NCBI GenBank assembly: GCA_964347995.1
Contig: CAYGBA010000001.1
Span: 2,244-66,243, forward strand
Direction: 5' to 3'
DNA from: an uncultured Candidatus Bathyarchaeia archaeon
GTDB lineage: Archaea; Thermoproteota; Bathyarchaeia; Bathyarchaeales; Bathyarchaeaceae
DNA: 64,000 bases
This document shows positions 55,201-63,498 of this stretch, in pieces. The notes beneath the pieces were generated by a model. It saw only the letters and a program-made list of their open reading frames with translations, searched no databases and was not told the origin of the DNA. A program made the position numbers and the translations under genes. How positions within the stretch are numbered: position 1 is the stretch's first letter; every line of letters starts with the position of its first letter.

Positions 55201-55468
55201 AGAAGTTCTATACAAAGTTTTTGAGAACAAAAAACCAAATATTCTAGATTATCTGATTAACAGAAAAATAGACATAGTTCTTACCATCCCTCCTGTTGAA
55301 AACGACGAGACTGCGAAAGAAGACAATTACTTAATTAGAAGAACATCAATTGAATCTAATATTCCTGTTATTATGAACATAGAGTTAGCCAAAGCTTTGA
55401 CAAATGCGATTGAACAAAAGAGAGGCAGAGTTCTTCAGATAAAATCGTGGAATGAATATTTCACCTAG
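52268..55468 (+). CDS. carB: Carbamoyl-phosphate synthase large subunit (CarB)
   Basis: [24 protein letters not shown], two ATP-grasp halves (the second starts [20 protein letters not shown]), and an MGS-like C-terminus. I prefer the start at [12 protein letters not shown] (52268, giving 1066 aa) over the ORF-track 52172. Confidence 0.9.
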   Translation: [1066 protein letters not shown]

Positions 55469-55519
55469 ACGCATTTGTCACTCTCAAGAGGGTCGCTCAC
55501 AATTTTTCCACAATCAAAG

Positions 55520-56110
55520 CTACTTCAATGGAACAATCTTCACATACAATGCTTTTGTGTCTAACAAGGCTATAGTTGATTTTCCCGTTAGGTAGCCACA
55601 CACCTCTCCGGGATTTACAACAAGCGTCTTCCCCCTTCGATAGGTTTTGTCTTCATGGATGTGACCGTGCACGATCACATCATAACTGTCAGCATCAATA
55701 AGTGAGCGGAGAAGCTCCTCTTCATGGCCATGCAGCATCGCGATCTTTAGTCCATCTATCAGGATCGTTGCGAAGTTTCCACGGATGTCGGCGCCTATGT
55801 CAGCAAATTTTTTCTTCAGCAGTTCCTTGTCTCCGTCGTTATTTCCGAAGACACCGATCAGGTCTGCTTTTAAGGGTTTGAAGTGTGGTACGACAAAGGG
55901 GGCTATGTAGTCTCCTGCATGAAGAACCGAATCAACCTCTTCTTCATTTAGCCTCGTCACGGCCTTATCTAGCATAAGCAGACGGTCATGAGTGTCCGCC
56001 ATTATTCCTACAAGCAATTCATTCTCACCCGAAATCACTAATAGTATTCTCTTCTTAAAACTAGTTTTCGCTAGATTCCTTCTCCACAAGCGTGAACCTA
56101 GAACTCGCAC
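55520..56110 (-). CDS. YfcE/MJ0936-type metallophosphoesterase
   Basis: MADTHD, HAGDY, GNNDGD, LHGH and GHIH motifs. The start is uncertain because the N-terminal 35 aa look atypical. Confidence 0.75.
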   Translation of the reverse strand: MRVLGSRLWRRNLAKTSFKKRILLVISGENELLVGIMADTHDRLLMLDKAVTRLNEEEVDSVLHAGDYIAPFVVPHFKPLKADLIGVFGNNDGDKELLKKKFADIGADIRGNFATILIDGLKIAMLHGHEEELLRSLIDADSYDVIVHGHIHEDKTYRRGKTLVVNPGEVCGYLTGKSTIALLDTKALYVKIVPLK

Positions 56111-56118
56111 GCCTCATA

Positions 56119-56691
56119 CTATGAGGTAGCCCTCTCTTCCTGCAGGGCTTTTTCTCCTAGCTTAACTCCTTCCTCAAACACTCTGAGATTCAGATCCAAA
56201 TACTTCTTAGGAACCCGGGTCTTAACGGATTCTCTCATTCCGTCAACGCTGACCGCGTCCCAGATTCTTGCTAGAAAGCCCAGCATGACGATGTTTGCAA
56301 CGATCTTGGCTCCTGCTTTTTCCGCTATTTCGGTAGCTGGGACCTCATGGAGTTTGTATTTGCCTGCTTTTTCATCAGGCTTGACGAGGGCACTGTCAAT
56401 TATCAGTATTCCTCCATCCTTTAGTCTTGGCAGGAACTTTTCGTAGGCGTCTTGACCCATAATCACCATAATCTGAGGTTTGAGCGGGAAAGGATAGTCT
56501 ATTTCCTCGTCATCGATGACCACGCCACTGTGACAAGCTGACCCTCGAGCCTCCGGCCCGTAAACCTGCGTCAGGGTGCTATCTCTGTCGTCATAGACAG
56601 CGGCAGCTTGACCAGTGATGTAGCCTGCTGTGATAATTCCTTGACCGCCAAACCCTCCGAACATGATCTCCTCTCTTGTCTCTCGGTTCAT
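56119..56691 (-). CDS. 2-oxoacid:ferredoxin oxidoreductase, gamma subunit
   Basis: FGGFGGQGIITAG is typical of the OFOR gamma subunit. Size is 190 aa. Confidence 0.8.
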   Translation of the reverse strand: MNRETREEIMFGGFGGQGIITAGYITGQAAAVYDDRDSTLTQVYGPEARGSACHSGVVIDDEEIDYPFPLKPQIMVIMGQDAYEKFLPRLKDGGILIIDSALVKPDEKAGKYKLHEVPATEIAEKAGAKIVANIVMLGFLARIWDAVSVDGMRESVKTRVPKKYLDLNLRVFEEGVKLGEKALQEERATS

Positions 56692-57557
56692 TTTTCCGCT
56701 GTCGCCTCTTGTGCTATCTTCTCTTTCAATTTTTCCATGCCGTCATAATATGTTGGTTTTCCCGCCCGTTTGACAAAGTTGCCCAGGATCAAAGGCTTTC
56801 CCTTCTCAATCTGAGCCTTACTTGTATCTGCTCCGTTTCTAATTATTGAGGATCGCCTGAGCCATTTAGCCATGTCATCGGGTTCGGGAAATCTGTTTCT
56901 CCGTCCGTAATTTATTGGGCATGGTGACAAAACCTCGATGTAGCGAAAGCCCCTGATTTTCAGAGCCTCAGCGATAGACTGTTCTAATCGTCTTACGTGA
57001 ACGCTGGTCCACCTGGCGACGTAGATCGCTCCGGCTGCATCAGCCAGATGAGGGGTATTGAAGGGATGCTCGATATTGCCGTAGGGGGAGGTGGTTGTGT
57101 AGTCTCCTGTGGGGGTGGTGGGGGCAAGCTGGCCTCCTGTCATGCCGTAAATGAAGTTGTTGGTGCAGATGACGAGGAGATCAACATTTCTCCTACATGC
57201 GTGGATGAAATGGTTTCCCCCTATGGAGAAGAGGTCGCCGTCTCCAGATATGACGTTCACGCAGAGTTCTGGCTTTGTGAGTTTAATCCCGATAGCGAAG
57301 GGAATGGCTCTGCCGTGAGTCGTGTGAAAACCATCAACTTTGAGATAGCCGCATCCTCTGCCACAGCAACCTATTCCAGATACATACACGACTTTGTCTC
57401 GGGGTATGCCAACTCGTTCAAGCGCTCTGACCCATGCATACAACGTAGGGCCGATGCCGCATCCTGGGCACCATATGTGTGGTATCCGCTCAGATCTGAG
57501 CCACTTGTCCATGGGATGCAGTTTCTGATCTTTTTGTCTTACTACCTGTTTGCTCAC
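56688..57557 (-). CDS. 2-oxoacid:ferredoxin oxidoreductase, beta (TPP-binding) subunit
   Basis: WCPGCG and GDGDLFSIGGNH (TPP GDG motif). It overlaps both neighbours by 4 nt. Confidence 0.85.
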   Translation of the reverse strand: MSKQVVRQKDQKLHPMDKWLRSERIPHIWCPGCGIGPTLYAWVRALERVGIPRDKVVYVSGIGCCGRGCGYLKVDGFHTTHGRAIPFAIGIKLTKPELCVNVISGDGDLFSIGGNHFIHACRRNVDLLVICTNNFIYGMTGGQLAPTTPTGDYTTTSPYGNIEHPFNTPHLADAAGAIYVARWTSVHVRRLEQSIAEALKIRGFRYIEVLSPCPINYGRRNRFPEPDDMAKWLRRSSIIRNGADTSKAQIEKGKPLILGNFVKRAGKPTYYDGMEKLKEKIAQEATAEK

Positions 57558-58705
57558 TTTTTGCCAATTCTCCTGATTTCTTGATAAATCTCTTCAGGGG
57601 TGATTAATCTCCCTCCCATCCTCGCAAGCAAGTTGGTTTTTGCATATCCTGCGGCTTCTCTCTTCACCTCTAAGTAGATCTGGCCGTAATTCAACTCCGG
57701 GACCAGAAAATAATCAACTTGTTTCGCCCACTTTCTTATGATGTGTTCTGCAAAGGGCCAAATGGTGACAAGCTTTATGCTTCCAGCTTTGATCCCTTGT
57801 TTTCTCGCCATTTTGACAGCTCTTTTGGCTGGACGAGAAACCTGCCCGTAGGAAACAACCGCGATTTCAGCGTCATCCATCTCTTCCTCTTTTACTTCCA
57901 CTATCTCCTCCCTGTGTTTTCGAATCTTGTCATTCAGCCGCCTGATGAGCTTCTCTTGGGCCTCAGGGCTCATATCCGGATAGCCCTTTTCATCATGGGT
58001 TAGACCTGTTGTGGTGAAGGCGTATCCCTCCCCCGCACAGGCCATCGGTGGAATTAGGTCTTCGTCAGGCTCGTAGGGTAGATACGTTTCCCGCGGAACC
58101 TTGGGCTTCTTCCTTTGTACAAGTTGTATTTCATCTTCAGGCGGGACAATAACTTTCCCCGCACTGTGGCCGACGGTCTCGCTTGTCAGAAGGATCGCTG
58201 GAATCCGATATTTCTCGGCAAGATTGAAGCAGCGTATTGTAAGGTCGAAGGCGTTCTGTGGTGAGTCTGGTGAAAGGGCGATTATTTCATAGTGTCCGTG
58301 GCTTCCCCATTTCGATTGCATAACGTCCCCCTGAGCTGTAAGGGTGGGGAGGCCCGTGCTTGGAGAGCCGCGTTGCACGTTAACAATAACCGTAGGGGTT
58401 TCCATCATCACTCCTAACCCAATGTTTTCCTGCATCAGGCTGAAGCCAGGTCCAGAGGTTGCGGTCATTGTCTTGGCTCCTGCCCAAGAGGCTCCTAGGA
58501 TTGCGGCGATGGAGGCAAGTTCATCCTCAAATTGGACGAACACACCATCCACATCTAGAAACCTCCTGCAAATGCGCTCAGCTATTTCACTGGCTGGCGT
58601 AATCGGGTACCCAGCAAAAAAGCGGCAGCCCGCGGCTATGGCACCCTCTGCTATGGCGATGTCTCCATACCAAAAGTGTTTACCGGTTAAAACTGCCTTT
58701 CTCAT
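57554..58705 (-). CDS. 2-oxoacid:ferredoxin oxidoreductase, alpha subunit
   Basis: AIAEGAIAAGCRFFAGYPITPASEI and ATSGPGFSLM. Size is 383 aa. Confidence 0.85.
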   Translation of the reverse strand: MRKAVLTGKHFWYGDIAIAEGAIAAGCRFFAGYPITPASEIAERICRRFLDVDGVFVQFEDELASIAAILGASWAGAKTMTATSGPGFSLMQENIGLGVMMETPTVIVNVQRGSPSTGLPTLTAQGDVMQSKWGSHGHYEIIALSPDSPQNAFDLTIRCFNLAEKYRIPAILLTSETVGHSAGKVIVPPEDEIQLVQRKKPKVPRETYLPYEPDEDLIPPMACAGEGYAFTTTGLTHDEKGYPDMSPEAQEKLIRRLNDKIRKHREEIVEVKEEEMDDAEIAVVSYGQVSRPAKRAVKMARKQGIKAGSIKLVTIWPFAEHIIRKWAKQVDYFLVPELNYGQIYLEVKREAAGYAKTNLLARMGGRLITPEEIYQEIRRIGKK

Positions 58706-59001
58706 TCATCTGCCTCCGGCGAGTCCTTCTTCATCTCTTCAACCCAAATGCTGTACTCTGGACAGACAATCTGACAAAAGCCACAGGCGACGCAGACCTT
58801 TCCCTTCTCAGGTTCTTCAACGAGTTCGGGGAGGCGGTAGCCCTTGTTATTTACCTTGTCAGATGCTTGGAGAACTTTCATGGGACAGAAGTCGATGCAC
58901 AATCCGCATCCTTTACATCTATCCTCTATTATGTGCACTTTGCCTTTGGGGGTCTTGACCCTTTCTGAGTCCAATGGTTTGCGCCAAAGTTTCGCAGACA
59001 A
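58702..59001 (-). CDS. 2-oxoacid:ferredoxin oxidoreductase, delta (2x[4Fe-4S] ferredoxin) subunit
   Basis: CKGCGLCIDFCP and CVACGFCQIVCP. The delta-alpha-beta-gamma gene order resembles 2-oxoglutarate/2-ketoisovalerate-type enzymes. Confidence 0.8.
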   Translation of the reverse strand: MSAKLWRKPLDSERVKTPKGKVHIIEDRCKGCGLCIDFCPMKVLQASDKVNNKGYRLPELVEEPEKGKVCVACGFCQIVCPEYSIWVEEMKKDSPEADE

Positions 59002-59007
59002 TATAGA

Positions 59008-61428
59008 TCACCTGGCTTCTCTTTCCATCATCTCCGATTTCGCTATCTCTTCTCTAGTGACGCTGTTCACTGTGCATTGCATCTCTCTGATCTTGGACAC
59101 AAACTTCCCTCCCTCAGATGCGGTTATCCAGGCTAGCTGCAACCGATTCTTGTCTAAACCTAGCCTATCCATCTTCTTCCAGAGTTTCTCAACTCTTCTC
59201 TTGGTCTGGTAATTAGCGTTAATGTAATGACAGTCGCCCAAATGACAACCAGCAACCAGCACCCCTGCGGCTCCTCGTGCAAAGGCTCTCTCAACAAACT
59301 TTGGAGATACTCGGCCCGAGCACATGGTTCGGATTATACGCACATTCGCAGGATACTGCATCCTGCTGACTCCAGCAAAATCTGCACCAGCATAGGCGCA
59401 CCAATTGCAGCAAAAAGCAACAATCTGCTTATCAGCGTCTTGCTCTGTTGCAGCATCGATCTGAGCGTAGATTTGGTCATCAGTGAAATGTCTCATAGTT
59501 ATCGCGCCGAATGGACACTCCGCACCACAGGTGCCGCAACCAGCGCAGGCTGCCTCTATCACCTCGCTTCTTTCCAGCTCTTTGTTCACAGTTATCGCAT
59601 TGTAGGGACAGATTCTGGAACATAGCCCGCAAGCGGTACAAGTCTCCACATCTATCCTTGGTGTGATTGCTTCAACCGTCACCTTCCCCTTCGCCATCAG
59701 GATGCCTGCACGAGCTGCTGCAGCGCTTGCTTGAGTCACGCTGTCCTTGATGTCCTTTGGGGACTCAGCGCAACCAGCAAGGAACACTCCCCCCGTGGGG
59801 GCATCCACTGGGCGCAGTTTTGGGTGGGCTTCCATGAAGAAGCCATCAGAAGTTCGGGAGAGCGTGAAGAGGCGTTGGATTACATCGCTGTCTCGTCGTG
59901 GTTCGATGCCGATGGATAAAATAGCCATTCCAACATTGATTCTATACAATTCCTTTAGCAGAGTGTTTTCTCCAATCAGCCACAGGTTGCCACTATTTCT
60001 GTTCTCCACTATTTCCGCCGGTAATCCACGAATGAATTTTACACCTTCTTTCTTGGCCCGCTTGTAGAGATCCTCAAAACCTTTCCCATAGGCTCTAATG
60101 TCAACATAAAACACATAGATCTCGGTTTCGGGCCAGTGCTCCTTTATCAGAAGGCTGTCCTTGATTGTGTTCATGCAACAAACGTTGCTACAGTAGAGAT
60201 TTCCACTCTTATCAGAGCGGGAGCCGACACACTGAACGAAAGCTACTCTTTTAGGAATTTGCATGTCGCTCGGTCTTATCAAATGGCCTTCGGAAGGGCC
60301 ACCTGCGTTTATAAGCCGTTCAAATTCTAAAGATGTGATCACATTTGGAAATCTCGTATATCCGTAATTCACTAATGACGTAGGGTCATACACATCTGCC
60401 CCTGTGGCGACTATAATTGTGCCAACTTCTAGCTTCAGAGTTTCACGTTGCATCTCAAAATCTACAGCGTCTCTGTCGCAAGCTTTCAGGCATTCGTCAC
60501 ACGTCATCACATTATCTTGGTTGAGGCACAACTCCCTATCAATGATGTAAGTGGAGGGAACGGCTTGGGCGAAAGGGGTGTAGATGCCATGCCTCGTCGA
60601 CAGACCGATATCGAACTCGTTTGGCGCCGTGACCGGACAAACTTCCACGCATTCTCCGCACGCTGTACATTTTTCCGTTACATACCTCGGCTTCTTTAGC
60701 ACATTAGCTTTGAAATTTCCGATGTAGCCCTCAACCTCTGTGACCTCGCTGTTCGTCAACAACTCGATATTTGGGTGTCTGCCCAGATCAGACATTTTCG
60801 GTGCAAGGATGCATATGGAGCAGTCCATAGTCGGAAATGTCTTGTCGATCTGCGCCATCCTTCCGCCTATGCTCGGTTCCTTCTCCACAAGGTAGACTTT
60901 GTATCCCGTATCGGCCAAGTCGAGGGCGGCTTGGATTCCGGCAACCCCCCCGCCAATGATTAATGCCTTCCGAGCGACTGGAACCTCGATTTCCTCTTGA
61001 GGTTGAAGAAGCGCAACCTTCGCAACGGCCATTCGGACTAGGTCCTTGGCTTTTTCTGTGGCTTTCTCCTTTTCGTATAGGTGGACCCAGCTACATTGCT
61101 CGCGGATGTTGGCCATCTCGAAGAGGTATTTGTTCAGTCCTGCTTCTTCGCATGCTTTTCTGAAGGTTGGCTCGTGCAGCCGTGGGGAGCAGGAGGCTAC
61201 GACGACACGGTTGAGGTTGTGTTCTTTGATGTCGTTTTTGATTTCTTCTTGGCCTTGGTCTGAGCATGTGTAGAGGGTGTCCTTTGAGAGTGCAACATGG
61301 GGCAGGGTAGATGCGAACTTTGCAACGTCCTCGCAGTCAACTGAACCGGCTATGTTTAGTCCGCAGTGGCAGACGTAGACGCCTATCCTAGTCTCGTCTT
61401 CGGGTTTGGATGAGTGTGCTTCAGTCAT
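59008..61428 (-). CDS. hdrA: HdrA-like flavoprotein fused to a C-terminal MvhD-like domain
   Basis: FAD motif IIGGGVAGIQAALDLA and several CxxCxxCxxxCP ferredoxin clusters. The C-terminus (IVAFCCNWCAYAGADFAGVSRMQYPANVRIIRTMCSGRV...VAGCHLGDCHY) is the MvhD/FlpD domain. Total 806 aa, versus about 650 aa for a stand-alone HdrA. Confidence 0.8.
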   Translation of the reverse strand: MTEAHSSKPEDETRIGVYVCHCGLNIAGSVDCEDVAKFASTLPHVALSKDTLYTCSDQGQEEIKNDIKEHNLNRVVVASCSPRLHEPTFRKACEEAGLNKYLFEMANIREQCSWVHLYEKEKATEKAKDLVRMAVAKVALLQPQEEIEVPVARKALIIGGGVAGIQAALDLADTGYKVYLVEKEPSIGGRMAQIDKTFPTMDCSICILAPKMSDLGRHPNIELLTNSEVTEVEGYIGNFKANVLKKPRYVTEKCTACGECVEVCPVTAPNEFDIGLSTRHGIYTPFAQAVPSTYIIDRELCLNQDNVMTCDECLKACDRDAVDFEMQRETLKLEVGTIIVATGADVYDPTSLVNYGYTRFPNVITSLEFERLINAGGPSEGHLIRPSDMQIPKRVAFVQCVGSRSDKSGNLYCSNVCCMNTIKDSLLIKEHWPETEIYVFYVDIRAYGKGFEDLYKRAKKEGVKFIRGLPAEIVENRNSGNLWLIGENTLLKELYRINVGMAILSIGIEPRRDSDVIQRLFTLSRTSDGFFMEAHPKLRPVDAPTGGVFLAGCAESPKDIKDSVTQASAAAARAGILMAKGKVTVEAITPRIDVETCTACGLCSRICPYNAITVNKELERSEVIEAACAGCGTCGAECPFGAITMRHFTDDQIYAQIDAATEQDADKQIVAFCCNWCAYAGADFAGVSRMQYPANVRIIRTMCSGRVSPKFVERAFARGAAGVLVAGCHLGDCHYINANYQTKRRVEKLWKKMDRLGLDKNRLQLAWITASEGGKFVSKIREMQCTVNSVTREEIAKSEMMEREAR

Positions 61429-62885
61429 CTTCCTTCATGCCTCACTGAAACCTCAATCTCTCCACCCTTGGTGTCTTCACCCTTTAGGTAGCGATCGATG
61501 GAAAGAGCAGCCCGTTTGCCAGCTGCTATCGCTTCGATCACAGTTGCAGGTCCAGAAACAACGTCTCCGCCAGCAAATATACCGGGGAGACTAGTCTCCA
61601 TTGTAACCGGGTCAGCCAAAATCGTGTTCTGATCATCAACCTCAATTTCTTCTGGTAAAAGGGAAAGGTCAGGGCTTTCTCCGATGGCCAGTATTACCGT
61701 TTCAAGCTCCGTGGTGAACTCTGAGTCCTCAATCGGTGCAGGCCTTTTCCTCCCGGTCTCATCCAGCTCTCCCAATTCCATACGGACGCACTCTACCGCA
61801 GTAACCTGTCCATGCTCGCCCAAGATTTTTGTTGGAGACACCAAAAAGCTGATCTTCACCCCTTCGCCTTCTGCCTCTTTAACCTCCCACGGATTCGCCG
61901 GCATCTCCTCTCTTGATCTTCTGTATAGAATAGAGACGTCTTTAGCCCCCAGTTTTAGGGCTGTTCTTGCTGCGTCCATAGCAACGTTGCCGCCACCTAT
62001 CACAGCAACTCTCTCTCCGAGCTTAATCTCCTTTCCTAGGTTGGTCTTTTTCAGAAGATCGAGGGCGTAGATGACCCCTTTTAGCTCTGTACCTTCAATC
62101 CGGAGTTCTCTGCTCTTGTGAGCCCCTGTGGCGAGAAACACGGCTTTGTATCCCTCTTTTGAGAAGTCTTGTAGGGTTAACTCTTCGCCTATGGTGACGC
62201 TTGTTCTGATCTCTATGCCGAGTTTCTTCACGTGCTCGATGTCGGCTTCAAGGATTTTTTTGGGCAGCCGATAAGTTGGCATGCACTCTCTCAGCATCCC
62301 ACCGAGTTCAGAAGATGATTCAAAAACGGTGACTTGAAATCCCATCATGGCCAGTTCGCAGGCGGCGGTGAGTCCGGCTGGACCTGAGCCGACTATAGCT
62401 ATTTTCTCGCCATTCTTTCGTTGAGGAGCTGTCTCCATTTCTTTTCGAAACTCATAATTCGTCCTGATGGTTTGTAAAATGTCGATGTCAGCACGTTCTG
62501 GATGAAAGCAGACTTGTTGGCAGACTCTTGGAAGGGGGATTTCTTTGCGGATTAGTTCAGCGGCTTCCTCAAGCCCTCCGAGATAGCCTTTTTTCACGGC
62601 GAGCTTTCTGGCTCTTAAAAAAATCTCTGGAAGCAGCAGTTGTTGGGGGCACCTTCGGTAGCATCTGTAGCACCACGCACAGAGCCATAACGCCTCTTCT
62701 TTCAGCACCCCGTCTAGATCTAGAAAAATTCTTTGGAGGAGGGTTCTTGGATGATAATGTTCTGGAAGTAGCTCCACCATGGGGCAAGTTGCCGTGCAGA
62801 TACCACACTCGTAGCAGTATTGCAGCTTCTCGGCGTTAATCAATGTTTGAAGTGCACTTGTAGAATCGTGCATTGCGGCTTCCAA
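61425..62885 (-). CDS. Fusion: HdrC-like helical 2x[4Fe-4S] domain plus GltD/NfnB/SudA-like NAD(P)H-dependent FAD oxidoreductase
   Basis: The N-terminus has CYECGICTATCP and CAWCYRCYRRCP. It is followed by IAIVGSGPAGLTAACELA, VAVIGGGNVAMDAAR and IFAGGDVVSGPATVIEAIAAGKRAA (GltD-type dinucleotide sites). Confidence 0.75.
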   Translation of the reverse strand: MEAAMHDSTSALQTLINAEKLQYCYECGICTATCPMVELLPEHYHPRTLLQRIFLDLDGVLKEEALWLCAWCYRCYRRCPQQLLLPEIFLRARKLAVKKGYLGGLEEAAELIRKEIPLPRVCQQVCFHPERADIDILQTIRTNYEFRKEMETAPQRKNGEKIAIVGSGPAGLTAACELAMMGFQVTVFESSSELGGMLRECMPTYRLPKKILEADIEHVKKLGIEIRTSVTIGEELTLQDFSKEGYKAVFLATGAHKSRELRIEGTELKGVIYALDLLKKTNLGKEIKLGERVAVIGGGNVAMDAARTALKLGAKDVSILYRRSREEMPANPWEVKEAEGEGVKISFLVSPTKILGEHGQVTAVECVRMELGELDETGRKRPAPIEDSEFTTELETVILAIGESPDLSLLPEEIEVDDQNTILADPVTMETSLPGIFAGGDVVSGPATVIEAIAAGKRAALSIDRYLKGEDTKGGEIEVSVRHEGR

Positions 62886-62929
62886 GGCTACCCTCTCTAG
62901 TTTTAGGATTCTGTCTCGGATATAAAGGT

Positions 62930-63230
62930 TTACAAACGTAAACCTCTACTCTGGACTGTAAACTTTTGTGCATGCATGTAGCCGAGCTCTTCTTGGGTTG
63001 TTACTCTTCGATTCACGACTGAGTATCGGGTGTGTCTTAGGGATTCTTGGGTTCTCACGTCTTTGTATATGTCGCATGCTGATGCTGGGGCGTTTTGGGC
63101 GAGGGTCCAGAAGATCGCCTTGGTCAGCCTTTGTGTTCTTCCTGTGAAGACGGGAAGTTTTGGCGTGCTTCTTTCCTAGATTGGGCAGGGTCTCTCGGAT
63201 CTTACGGAACTCATCCAACAATGTTAGAAT
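62930..63230 (-). pseudogene. Probable frameshifted small wHTH gene
   Basis: One minus frame reads LLDEFRKIRETLPNLGKK and then turns into implausibly basic sequence. Another frame, open only from 63175, reads RSTPKLPVFTGRTQRLTKAIFWTLAQNAPASACDIYKDVRTQESLRHTRYSVVNRRVTTQEELGYMHAQKF..*, which looks wHTH-like but has no start codon. A TATA-like CTTATATAGG lies at 63291-63300. Confidence 0.3.
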
Positions 63231-63498
63231 GAGCTCGTCCTAGATCTGCTGGGCTTCCGGCGGCTCCTCTGTGCGCGCACTCCCCCTCCCCCTATATAAG
63301 TGTCCTCACGGTTCTCACGCTTCAGTCTCCCTAGCTTCCCACGTTGGGTCGAAATGGGATGCATTAATGAGCTAATGAGTTGATAGATTTCATCAATTCC
63401 CTTCCGCTTCTCGATACATGCATACGAAGAGGGCAATAGCCTTCTTCTAGGCTAATAAGTTTGAAAAGAGTATAGCGGCTTCTCTGAGAGTCTGATCG

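Noticed and set aside
52172-55468. CarB without an adjacent CarA, and uL15 (9739-10176) outside a ribosomal-protein operon
   Set aside because: Both were noted as mildly unusual gene orders, but scattered carA/carB and dispersed r-protein genes occur in many archaea. They cannot be evaluated without the rest of the genome.
63241-63243. In-frame TAG in a protein-like minus-strand frame, considered as a possible pyrrolysine or readthrough codon
   Set aside because: - The frame also needs a frameshift about 65 nt downstream to continue.
- There is no Pyl machinery or methylamine methyltransferase context in the window, so a pseudogene or indel is the simpler explanation.
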